Of a DNA stretch of 64,000 nucleotides, positions 1 to 12,871 are shown piece by piece. This DNA is from Raillietiella orientalis (Eukaryota). The notes beneath the pieces were generated by a model, which had not been told where the DNA came from, ran no database searches, and worked only from the letters and a program-made list of their open reading frames with translations. Every line of letters begins with the position of its first letter. Position 1 is the first letter of the stretch. The position numbers and the translations under genes were made by a program. Where the stretch lies: the NCBI GenBank assembly GCA_036172245.1, contig JAYWIR010000019.1:3224001-3288000 (forward strand), in the 5' to 3' direction.

Positions 1-1259
1 ACCGCCGCCACCGCCCCTTGCGACGCAGCCCGGCGCCGTTTCCGAACGCCGAGCGGGTGGCGCTCGCGCCGTATCCAGGTGCTGGGCCGTCTTCTCCGAG
101 AGCCGCGAGGCGCATGCGCGGGGCGAGTTTCCTCGAGAGCGCGCGAGCCTCGCGGCTCTCCCAGCGCCACCTCTCCTACCGGGATGGCGCGTCACGGACG
201 GACCACCACCACCACTACCTCGGAAAGCGTCGGCGACTTTTCGAACCACGATCCGGACCACCTTCGAAGCATCAGCTGGACAAGTGGATCTCTGGTCTCT
301 CCGCGTTAGTTCGGGGCGTACCTCGGGGAAAGGAGGAAGGACAGGATTCCGGAAACTCCTCGCTTTCGAATGCCCGGTCCCCAGGATGCGAGGGTCAGAA
401 GGTTCCCGGACAGCGAGCCGCGCCGCCGGACCACGGCGACATCCAATGGAGATGCAGTGTGAGCTCAGCCTTCGAATCCCGTCGGTGTCCCCGGCAGAGG
501 TCTTCCTGAACGCTCCTCGAGGGCGTCGGGGAACCGGATCGGATTGCCGGAAGGGTCCGCAGTGGTCACGCGGCGAGAATTCGAGGAGCTGCCTTCCCGA
601 TGGCCAAATCCGCCTAGCATGGAGATGGACCGCCGCCGCCTTTCCCAACCGGAACGCTCCCGTGGCACTCGCGGTGGCGGAGCGCCGAACGCGCGCTCGG
701 GACGTTCGCGCGGAAACCACTCCATCGTCAGGGAACCTGATCCCGGAGCATTCCGGATCAGAAGCATCGTCATTCGTGCTCTGTGCCGGCTGGCAGAACC
801 TCGATCCCGAGGCGAGCGGCACTTCGTGAGCTGAGGGAAGCTACCCAGAAGCAAAAGGTGGCTCCTGAAGCATTCGGAAATCGCCTGCCCGACTGGCAGT
901 CGAAGGGAACATCCAAGTCGCTCAGGCTTCCCAGATGAAACGAACGCTGGATTATCCAGCGGCACGGATCTGCAAGCGATCCTTGGAAACCAAACTCGCG
1001 GCGATGCTGTGAGAGGATGGACCCTCTTTGCATGCGGATCGAGAAAAAGAGTGGAAAAAAGAATGGAGAGAGGAATGAGCAATGGAAGAACAAGAAGCAC
1101 GAAGAAGAGAGCTGGAGGAGCAACAGGGCAGGATGAACGAAGGGAAGCGGTGGAGGAAAAAGAAAGAAAGAGAGATGGAAGGGCAACGGAGGAAGATGAA
1201 CGCAAGGAATAGGAATGGCGTCCCCCGCCATTCTCCCTGACCTCTTGGAAATTCATTTT

Positions 1260-1790
1260 CCTGGTAGCGTCAGTCGAGTGCTTCTTGCACTCAGACCGTC
1301 TCCTGATACATAACAAACAGTCCTTCATCCCCCTTCCTTGTGCTCGGTATCCACAAACTACGAATAGATTTCTCTGTGGCAAAGACATGAAGCGAGAATC
1401 CTCATTCATCGGTGTACTGCCCATAAAAATAATGGGCACTTTTCAATTTGCAACAATCGTAACTCTTCCTGACCTCCCTCTAACATCCCCACACCTCTTC
1501 TACTGAAGAACCACTCTTCAATACCGCCCTCCTTTTAAGATCAGACATCTCAGCTATATGAACGAAACGATAAAAAAAAATTTTTTGTTCCCTCACCACA
1601 CTTCCCCTACACTTTACTATTGCCACCGTCCCCCTACTCATCGTAACCCAACAGTATTCTACACCTAAATTATGCATTGCAGATTCTATCTTTGGTTCCA
1701 CATTCTTTGTTGCCACAAGGTTCCGCAGCCTCCATGTAACAGCCGATCTCATTCGCCCCACTCTTTCATCGCTACAAAGTTTTGAGCCGT
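1260..1790 (-). mobile_element. heavily decayed LINE APE-endonuclease-like remnant
   Basis: Translation fragments resemble APE motifs in the expected order: RSAVTWRLRNL (~TWNVR.L), PIIFMG (~IIMGDFN), NEDSRF..L..RNLFV, KDCLLCIRR (~IDYIL.RR); contains stops. Confidence 0.35.
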
Positions 1791-4700
1791 CTCTTACTAG
1801 AGGTGAAGTGCATCCGAGGGCTCTGGATGTGGCAGCATCGGTGCCAAACCGATCGATCCATCTGAAGGGGATCAGAAAGATGAACCTGTTTCCTCTGCCC
1901 ATTTGCCCGGCAAGCGTCTGGAGGTTCCTTCGATCACGCTCCTACTGTTCTCGAGATTCTGAATTTATTGTTTTCCTCGACGAGCGTGGCTGCGATAAGC
2001 ATCCGTGAAAGATTCTCATTTCACAATCACTGGCCCTGGGAGCCAGTTCGAAACGGGATGGGATTCCGCCACAGGCTGGTTTGTACGCCAGATACGCCCC
2101 GGCGACGCAGGACCGCTACATTCCCACGTCCACGTAGCAGCGTGCAAATGTATTTTCCACGCGCACATGCTTCAGTGCAGCTCCATTCATACGGAAACGG
2201 TCACCATGTGGAATTTTGAAACGAGGAAAATGGAGACCAGCCAATGAGACACACAAAACAAATGCCAACACAGAAAGGGGAAACATGTATTCAAAGAAAT
2301 GGGTCATTTGTACGAACGACAAGCGTGCATATGGCTCAACCATCTGTTGCATGTGTGTTTCCACATTGATCTAGTACTAATGGAATAATTTGCTTCTATA
2401 AATCATTATGGAGTCGTCACAGAAGTAAAGATGTCCTATGTCACATATGACATCGTGTGCATAATATGCAAAGGAGGTATGACATTCGTTTTGAACAGGA
2501 TTCTGTGTTCAGTGTTGCCACCCCAAAAAATTTCTGATTTCTGTATGTAAACTCCGAAAAAAATTATGAATCCACAAAGCTGTTCGATTAATCCAGGAAG
2601 GTTTCCTGAGACAGTGTTACATGGTAGGATATACCTGGTGCATTCTCAGAGGTTTGGATGCCAATAGACTGAAGAAAGCAAAGGAATTTCGTAGCTGTCT
2701 GTTTAATCATTTAGAAAGCTACATAGAAATAATGCATGGAAAGCTGCATAGAAATCACAGCAGTTTGAAAAAGTTATTTGTCAAAGTTTCGAGAGTCTCT
2801 AACGTAAAAGATAGGTCTTTGATGTGATTCACCAAAGACAGCGCTCTTCCTTGCTGTCTACCCAGCAGTATGGAAAAGAATCGTAAGCAATGTAAAATCT
2901 ACAGGAAAACTGATTTTGAAGATCCCTTGTCCTCATGACTGATGTTTGTTTTTACTTTTCGAATTATGGAGGTGTGTTTTTAGGCGAACACTGTTTTCAG
3001 ATGATTAGAAGCTGTTTTTTTTTTTTTTTTTTCTCTTGGGTGCTGATGAGTTTTCAGTTGTCTTGTTCCTTACCACAAAAAATGCATGCATGAGAATAAA
3101 CTTTTTTTTTTTTTTAACACTTACGAGGAGATTTTTTTTCTTCTTACAGCTATAATGTAGAACCTCCACAAAATCTAGTAACAGGCTTTGAAAAACTTGA
3201 ATCCAAAGCTTCGCCTTTCAATCAAGGACTTTTCGCAACATAATTTATCAGGAAACACTGATCAGTTGATAAACTCCACATGAATGCCTCTGTGCGATTT
3301 TTTCCTTGAAATTTCCTATTCTGCGCTTAAGAGTATTGGTTTTTCAAGCATGCATGCATCCACATTTGTTATCTAAAGGTTATCGAGATTTTTCCAGAAA
3401 AGAAGAAAAAAAGGCATTCATGCAATTCGCCAAGTGATCCCGATAAACATGAAAACATATTAATAATTTTGGCATCCCTTATGAAGAAAAGTTAAGGAGG
3501 AAGACAAGAAGACATGGAGAACTTATTTTGAAACCGTTTTTGGTTCCATTCCTTTCGAGACTCATTTTCACTCAGTTGGAGCCGAGCGATTACAGTGATG
3601 TAAAAAACTGGTTTTTGATACATTGTGGTAACCAGGCAACGAATGTTCACATGAAACCACCAGAAAATGAAGCAGGATGTTCGGATTTCGTAATTCGACG
3701 AAGCGTTCTTCAGCACTGGTAGGTGATGCTGGAACTGGGATACCCAGATAAGTGAGAAACGATGTATTCCATGACCAGCACCAGCTAGAGTGGACATACG
3801 TGGGTCTTTCCAGCTGGAAGAAATATTCCGAGATGCAAGCGTCCTCAAACGTCTGTGGATACTATCTGAGCTTGTAACCGGAAATTCATGAATAAGGAAA
3901 GAGAGGAACGTTGATTTTTCTGCCGCATCTGAGTGCTGAGCGACACGAAATGAATCTGTTCCTCGATTTCCCTTTGAGTCACCAGGGGATCCTGTCGATT
4001 AGCAATTGCTACCGGAGCAGATTCAGCTCTTTCAGCTCCTCTTTCCAATGGCATGAGATGAGACTCCCTTCCTCGAAGGTATCGATTCGAAAATCACCTA
4101 AGCATCAAAGCACGCTGGAAAGAAAAACACCCCAAATGAAAGCCAAATGCAATAAATACTCTTTCGAATTATTACTTGAAATTGGATACAGTGTTTTGAG
4201 AAGCCAAACTATACAGAAAGCTGAACCTTTCATCTTTATAATATCCGCGAACGGTGCGTCCGGTTTCCAATGTGCCGCGATGATGCCGTCTTCAGATAAT
4301 GGCTCGAAAATGACTTCCTATACAGCATGAAACACTCTTTCCGAGGGAAATACGTAAAAGTCCCAAACAATTAGCTTATTGCATTGCATCACGCACAAAA
4401 GGATCATTCACAAGTGTTCTTCCGCTACTGGGATTTAACGATACATAAAATGGTAGCAAACAGCAAAAGGATCACAAATCCTGATCGTTCTACTCCAATC
4501 TTCGAATACAATATATGGGTGTATGGGTGTGTGTGTTTTCAGTCGCCGATGAAATTCATCTTGGCTCTTTTTTTAAACCGTGCTTCAAAAAAATTCTCTA
4601 TTCTCGTGCCCATACGGCTGTTCCACATCTCAGCCACTACCTATAGTTTAAAGCATGGTTGCTAAACTTCTTCTCACCAATGTTCCCTAATATTATTCTT

Positions 4701-5499
4701 AGTTCAGAAGAGGATGGAATCAACTTCATGAAGCGCCCCACACGTTTTCTCTCTGCTTAGTTCTCATTTATGAAAGCAAAGGACCTTTCTGTGAGCATGT
4801 AAGTCCTGAATCCCCGAACTCTTATCTCACACTCAGTAGATTGCCGTCTCATTAATGCATTCTGCAAGCATCAGATAATTGAGCTGGGATTATACATTCA
4901 CGCATCAATGAAACCGATCTAATGCTCTTTATCAATTACTAATTAGTTTATCTCCTTATTGATCAATGCAGCAAGGAAAGTTACGATTTTTCTCAATAAT
5001 CTGTTGTCTTTAGACACGTGTAAAGAATCACATAGACTACCCTGTCGGATGGATTGTGTCGACTGAACACGGCAGAGGCTCTGTTTTCAAGTCAAAGAGA
5101 TATCCTTTGCTTACTTTCCGAAATGCTTTAATAAGAAGCAAAAATCCTTGTGAGATTATGAATACATTTGCCCAAGTTCGTACAAGTGCTCCAACAAAAA
5201 ATCGTAACGGTGGGATATGCCCAATATCTTAGTACTGTTTCTTTTTTTTTTCTTATTCATCTTAACTTGTCTTTCCGATTTCTTTCTTTCGAGCAACCCA
5301 GCAAAAGTCAGTTTTGGGATCATTCCCTTTAATCACCCTATGTACACAAATTTTTATTCTTATTTTTTCCTTAATTTTCAAACAACCCTCACGCTTTGTT
5401 GAAAATGCACTTCTCCTTTTGTACATATTTTATTTCATATCCAAATGAAATAGTTACGATAATGATGAAAGAAGAAAGTGAACACAGAACGTTAATGGA

Positions 5500-6690
5500 G
5501 GTATCATGACTTCTTTACAGAGGAATATGATGAAAGTAAGTTTCATGGTTTCAGGGTACTTTGTTTCCCATAATTCTACTCTCTCTTTCACCAAAGACTC
5601 TGTCTTCTAGTAAAAGAGCTGTTTCAGCTTGATACCTGAATGAATACTAGACAAGTTTCTTCAATCAATAGCTCATTCAGAACTCAAAACCTTTCTATTT
5701 TACAAACAACTTATATTTTCGTTCCTTCAAACTTATGCAAAACATCATTATTGATTGGCAGCTGGTGATACTTTTATTCGGAACACTGATTCAGGCTATT
5801 TTAATCAATAACCTAAATTACCAGGTCTCTATTAGCCAATTACAGACTAATTTATAATGCATTTTTAGACTTCCCAAAATGGATTTTTAAATCTCATTCC
5901 ACATATTGATTTTAAATTGCAACTGGTATTTGACCCATCAGTTAGACATATCAAAATTCCACGACTCTTTAGTACTGATCCATATTTAACAGTCACACAA
6001 GCACACACCCTGCCCTATTGAAACTCTGAAATAGAGTTTAGCAATCTCATGCATATCGAGAGAATCATTATTTTTATTCACAAAACAGCTCGTATCTCAG
6101 TACTCATTCTTACTCATCTTTTAAATTTCATATCACTGACCACAATAATGACATGAATCCAATGGCCAGTGACATGAATCCCAAATCCACCTCTTCGCGT
6201 TCCAAAACTTCCACAATCACGAATACGTTAATTCTCCTAGACATACATCAATATAGATCAGCTCTTATAGCATCTTTTTCTAAAAGATTGTAGAAATCTA
6301 GCATCCGTGCTTTTTTAGGCTCCATTTGATCTCTAAATGCCCTCGTATCAGTCAAAAAAAAAAAAGAATTGCTTCTTTGTAATCGCCTTACTCTATGATG
6401 TATCCAACCAGAGTATTCATTTCCCCTTGTTCTCTTCTAGTGCTCTTCCATCAAACTGTTCTGTCAAAAATTATAATCTTTTGCTCCCTTCCACTATTAA
6501 GTTTCGTCTTTAGCTCCTAGGAAACAACAACATGCATTCTCGTATGCATCTAATAACGAACGCCATCATCAACGGCATTTCTTTTCACTTCTTCAGACTG
6601 GGAGTTTAACTTGGCACCCTTATCCGCCCTCAAGAATCACCTGTGTAGTTTTTTCTACTGCTCCTTCACATTGTTCATAACCTCATTGTA
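5500..6690 (-). mobile_element. heavily decayed LINE reverse-transcriptase-like remnant
   Basis: Minus-strand fragments YFRVSIGQGVCL (~GVRQGC.LSP) near 6000-6040, FRY near 5635 and YG near 5570 in RT order; no intact ORF. Confidence 0.3.
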
Positions 6691-9600
6691 TTATATGTGT
6701 CCGATTGGTCTCTGCGTTTTACAAAAACAGTGATTTAACAAATCAAAAATTAACATGATCTCAATAAGCCTGAGGAAAAGAGTATTAATCAATTTTCCAG
6801 TTGTTTTCCCAAGATGGCTTGTTTGCACAAAAAAAGACAGAACTTTGGGACCAATCAAATTACGCGGTGAATAAATATGGCGGTAGTCCGTTTTGTGGAT
6901 GGACTCCAAGTATGCAATGTTTGCCTGTCGATGATTTCTCTTATGATCCCTTATTTTGAGGAATTTCATCAGTTTTAGTAATGTATTCGTTACTTTCTGA
7001 TCAATTACCTTAGTATGTGATATCAGTAAATTTTTATTGCTAGATTTTTGATATTTACAAACGTAAAAAGGCCTTTTGTGGGCGAACAGCTTTATGGAAG
7101 CAAGGTTTGTTCTGATGGTAAAGTCACAATACACATCATGTTACCTGAATTAACAATCAAATTTAATTCAATTCGTTCATAACTTACTTAAAGGATTAGG
7201 GTGTTTGCCTTTAAAGTGTTTGGTACCAGGTAACGTAGAGGTTCCCGGAACCCTAGATCATGTGGGCAATGGTCATGTGAGATGCAGAGAAACTGTTAAA
7301 ATACTTCTTGCCGACCATAAATTTTGCCAAAGTCAAGGGAGTGGCTTGCATATATGAATGAAAGGAAATCAAATGATTCATAGAAATTCCTACTGTTGAG
7401 TTATCCCGGAACCATCAAATAAGTTACTCTAGCTCAACTTAGGTTGTTTCACGCATTCTAAACAAACCGTACTGTATTCCATATTATTTCACGTATTTTC
7501 TTTATTTTATAGTTTCCAAATGAGATAAAACTATCTTGTTTTTGGTCGCTTTTTGGAATCAAACGAAGTTAAGCCAACACATGTTTTAATTATGTGTTTG
7601 TTAATATGATTCTGTTTTTGAAAGATATAATATAATAATGGTACTTTGGTTTAAAAATCTGGTTCGAATCCAAACCAGATCTGCATTTAGTTGTCTCCAA
7701 ATGACCAATGTGTGCTAATTGGTTTGGACTGGAGAAATGTCTTCATCACTGGGATAGTACAAAAGTCTATGTGATTTTCGATCGTTGATGCACTTTGTAA
7801 AATAGTAAGGAGTGTCACATGCTCCTATTTTGCATTCATCTACATTAAAACATTCAGTTATTAGATAGGAGGATATTATTGCAACAGTTTATCAATAATT
7901 TTTATTTTGTTTCGAATAATGTAAGATTTGTGCAGAAATAATATTTCTTTTCATTTGAGTTCTTTGCAAACTCTAATCCTGTCAATTCTCATGCTAAACA
8001 TTTATGAGGTGCATTTTGTTTTTCACTGATGAAATTTCAGCATAAGGTTTTGCATCTGGAAACAAATATGTTCATAATAGGACTACTATTTTAAAAAATA
8101 ACAACTGTTTTGGTGCATTTCTTTGGTTTTTCTAAAGGCTTATTCCAAAAGGTGTTCAACAGGTGCAATAAGCATTTTGCATTTCCTTTTTAACATCTTT
8201 TTGAGAAAAATTAAGCTAATTCTGTCACAATTATTTTTGTGTTCCATTAGTTAAGACATGACAGTCTTATTAGCTTGTCAAGCATGTGTGACAATTGATA
8301 ATTGCATTTCATTTATTATGTCTTGAAAATTCTTTCAAAATAGTAATTTGGTGCTCTCCATTCTTCCCAAAGCATTATCATGAATAATAATGAATGCCCA
8401 TAAAGGAGCATGAATCATAATTGAAGTTCCTTTATTCATGTTTATGCAAAGCTTTAGAGAAACGATTATAGGATGCAATCTAGAAAGCAGAAGACCAGGA
8501 ATCTTTCAACAAAAAATCTACACTTTCCAATTCACATGGGTTCAGATCTGAGCTGAAGCCTGTGTAAAAACACAGGGTTGAATTCAAATTAATTAAATAA
8601 TTGCTTCTAGAGATTATCAAGAGTCCTCACTCAGCTCATTGTAACTTAAGAGTGTTTAAGCATTTACTTGAATCCAGGAGACTCATATGAGTGTTAATAT
8701 TAGCATTCAAAATTTTATAACGCTTTACATTCACTTAGCAAATACTAGTCAGTGAAGGACTGTTTCCAGCAACAGGAGTGATGCAACTGTGAACTTTGCA
8801 ATAACTGAGTATTCAGGGCATTGTTTTGCTGTTGTGTCAGTTTTCAAAACAAAAAGGTGCCATTTCATGATTATAATTTCCTTATTTTTATTATGAAATG
8901 AAAATGTTTTACCTGTCTTGTTCAACCTCAGTAGTCAAGCCTGGAGTATTTATATTTTTGTGCTTCTGTAATGCAAGTACTTCTTTTGGCATGGGCATTT
9001 CATGTAGGTTTTGTTGGTCATGAACAACTATCTGATGCAAGCATGCAAAATTATTATTTGAAATGAGCAGGCAGTATTTCACTGTATCTTGACTATGTGA
9101 AATTGAGCTGAATATAAGCAGCTGAATGTGAAATGAGCAGTGATTTTAATGAATTTTCTGTAATTTGGAAATACAATATTATCAAACAGTTGTTCCCTTT
9201 TAAGTGCAGAATCAGTAACCTTGATCATCATACTTGGTCAATTGCAGGAGATAAAAATACTGCTCAAGCAGGCCTTGAGATTTACCTCAAAAGTATTTGA
9301 TTTTGTTGATGACATCAAGCGCATCCCAGTTTGCTTGAGACTTATCTATATTCCGTATTATATAAAGCAAGTTTACATTTAAGAATGCATAATTTTTTCT
9401 GATGCATGAGTTTATGAAATTTATCTCACAATCGACAGTCATTAAATACTAGGTTGAGAGATGACTGGCTTTATACCGTTTTTGTACAGGTGTCTAAAAT
9501 ATTTTCCGCCTCAAGTTTATTGAAACTGAAAAGTTTCTGCATTTCCTTCCACCTCCCTAATGCAATTTTAGTAATTTTAGTACTTTTGGATTTTTAAATT

Positions 9601-12600
9601 CGAAAAACGTGTTTTACAAACCAGTGATTATTCAGTGTATATTATTTTCATCTTTAATTTGTGAGGATCTTAAAATATAGCATCCAAATATCAGCAGTAT
9701 AATTGTAGCACATCAAGCAAGGTATTCTTTGAATGCTAATTCAGTTTGACTTTATGGAGTTTAATAAAAATCCGTGTGTGCCTCTGATAATTGTATAATT
9801 AATTCTATAATTATTGTCAATTATTTACTTATTACCAACGTAGTTATCTATTAGCTTTCGTTATTTACTGTCAAAAGGAGTTCTAACCCAATTTCCAAGT
9901 ACTCACATAAAATGAGAGCATGAAGAATGATTTTTTAAAAAAATCCGTTATCACTTGCACTTATTAACTTGCGTTGTGAGCTGATTTTTTTAAAATGTTT
10001 TCAGGATTATAAACTTTAATTCTGGAGCAAAGTCTGTTTCTTATATACGGTTATTCAAAGTTTTTTACCCAAGCTCTTGAACTTTTTAGGATACTGATAT
10101 GGACTACCGGCCTACAGTCCCCATGAATTGCCGTTTAAGAACGTAACGCCAGGAAGATCCCCAGCATTCGAACCGAAAGTATGACAAATTTGCTGATGAA
10201 AATCTGTACCATTTAATCGGCTTCCTTGAATTTACCACATTGGGTAAAATTTAGAAGACAAGCAGTCCTTCGTTTCAAAATCTTCGTTGAGTTGTACGGA
10301 GTAGCTTTGCCATTCCGCAGAAAATTCCATTTTTTATCAAAAGTCTTAACTATGTAATCATTGCTGGATACGTTTGTGACTTTCAACATATCAAAGTATT
10401 CGTGTCTAACCAATTCATTAGATAAATTTGTGTATTATAATGCGATTTGGTGTTTTCAGGAGGGAAGATTTTATGCAGAATTGGTGTTGATTTTTTATTA
10501 GGAGACACGGGATCATGTAACAGTAAAAGTAAAACCTATTTTTGCTCGTGTTCATCCGATGTAAAGCGTTACTTTGGTACATTAATAGGGAACCACCACA
10601 TATTACACTTGCATTCCACTATCTAGTTATCTTTTCTAAGGATCTCAGATACAATAGACTGCCATCTGCCTCATTAGCCATCTTGTAATCTATGTCTTGC
10701 AGCCAAGTAAGTACTCTGACGAATCACTGATTTATTTTTCCATGTAAAACGTTGCGATTTGGAGCAACTTTCATGAATTGATCTTTTAGCAGGGTCTTCT
10801 AATCTGTGGATTAGAAGAGCATCAACTCAAGCATTCCTATTATTTCCAAAGAGTGACCTTTTATTTATCGTTATATAGATACTGAATGTAATCCTTATAA
10901 CTTTTCTTAGTTCCCTCCAAGTCGGACACCCAAGAAAATAGATAAAACTGCTTAGCAAAGACTATGTGGTCTAAAAATAGAAAGAAAGAAAAAAAAAATC
11001 GGTGCACCCTACACGTTCTTCGAAGATTTCCCTTTATCAATATCTCGTAAAGGAAGCTGTATTCATCATTCCCAAGATGTGTGAAAATGCGAAAATCGTC
11101 AGACGTGATATTTCTTCAAGCAAAGCTATTGAGATTGATGGTCCACCAAATCTTAGCATTGCCGTTTATGTTGAAGATCTAATTCCCCGCGGCTCGAAGA
11201 AATTTAAACTCTTACAGGAAAGCATCGATACCGTTCGTAACCGAAATGCAGTTATGTGAGAAACGCGGAATTTCATGGAATAGCAACGGACTACATGACC
11301 TGTACACGTGTGTGTACACTCACACACGTACACAAACGGTTCTTCAGCACCTTGGCGGACCCAAGTTATGGAAATTTACCCTGAACTTGGTAATCCAGTT
11401 TCTTTCCTGAAATTGTTGTCCCCGTTGTAGTTTAAATAACAAGGGATGTTCTTCCTTAAAGGAAGGGGGTGGGTGGGAGGAATAACATGCAAGTGGATAG
11501 GTGATCGAGTCAGATGGGAGTTTCGACGCTTCCTGTAAGCTGGAAACACGAACGAGCACAGGGATGTTTGCTGCTGCTGCTGCCTACGCTTCCGTCAAAA
11601 ACACAGCAGAAGAGAAAAAAAGAATCGTAACCCGTTGAGGACAAGACCGAGCTGTGTGGCCGGTCAGTGCTTCGTTTGAGGAGCCTCCATCTACATCGTA
11701 GATGGTGGATTCCGCCCACCGGAAGTGATGATGATTCTTGGAAACCTTCTTCGAAACGGTTTCTCAGTAACTATGGATTCTAGTTTCATATAAAGATTTT
11801 TTTTTTTTTTTTAAAAAAAAGAAAAATACAAAGACCGTTCCTTCAAACATCTATTCCTCAGTTGTTTCGGGCATAATTTTTATTTTCAGTATCAGTGTAC
11901 TAACCAAATACACTCGTATCTGCTTTAATAGACAACGAATAGTACACGTTTCAGCACGATAAATAGTAAACGCCGAGACGGCTCACCTTTCTTTTTATCT
12001 GTCCCATAATATCAATGAGTATAAATACATAATGTAAATAATACGTATTTCACACAATATTGTAATTCGGCTATAATTTATTCCCGACAAAGGAATTCAC
12101 TTTATCTTTTGGTTGAAGGCTTTACATCCTGCAGCAAATGTATCAGTAGATAATCATTTTTCTTTAGGCCTTCAAGAGTCCATTTCAGTATTCCTTCGAA
12201 ACACGAAAAATAACTTTTTTTTCGGAAAAATGCCATAAAAATATTTACTTCCTTCAAAAAAAGGTGAAACTAGCTTTTGAAGATTTTTCACAGATTCGGA
12301 GGCACGATGTCTGGAGGGGAGCTTTTATGGCACCCAAGCCAAGCAATGTTTATACTTGCCTTTTGGATGCTGAGGAGTCATGATAATGAGGCAAGCCATT
12401 TTTGTGGGAGTTCCGCCTCGACATGAGGAAGAAGGCAGCTCTGAACCAATAATTTGATATTTTTGATCTCGGGATTAATTTTCATTCAAAACATTCGGTG
12501 ACTCAGAGCTGTCAAGGCGGGAGTTATCAATAGTTTGATTTAGCTAAATTTTCAAAGGATTTCCATCGAAGCGGGCTGGGAGCGGTGTGTAAACAACGCT

Positions 12601-12840
12601 GTTTTTTTTATGAGGTGCACCTACGGAAAAGCCTATGGTTTCAGAGGTACTATTCTGCAATTCACTCTCAAACACCACCCGCAAGCCTACACCCATCATG
12701 GCCAACTTTCACGTGGAGTTGTCCTCATCGAAAAGGAAGCATCCATCGACGCCTAGTCCCTCTTTCTAAAATGTTGTCGCTCTCCATGGGGAGCGTAAGC
12801 CATCTGTTTGGAATTAATACAAATTCACCTAATGCGCGGA

Positions 12841-12871
<31 letters not shown>

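Noticed and set aside
7656..7680. GGTTCGAATCC B-box with a short hairpin as tRNA/SINE
   Set aside because: No recognisable A-box or tRNA body; too little support
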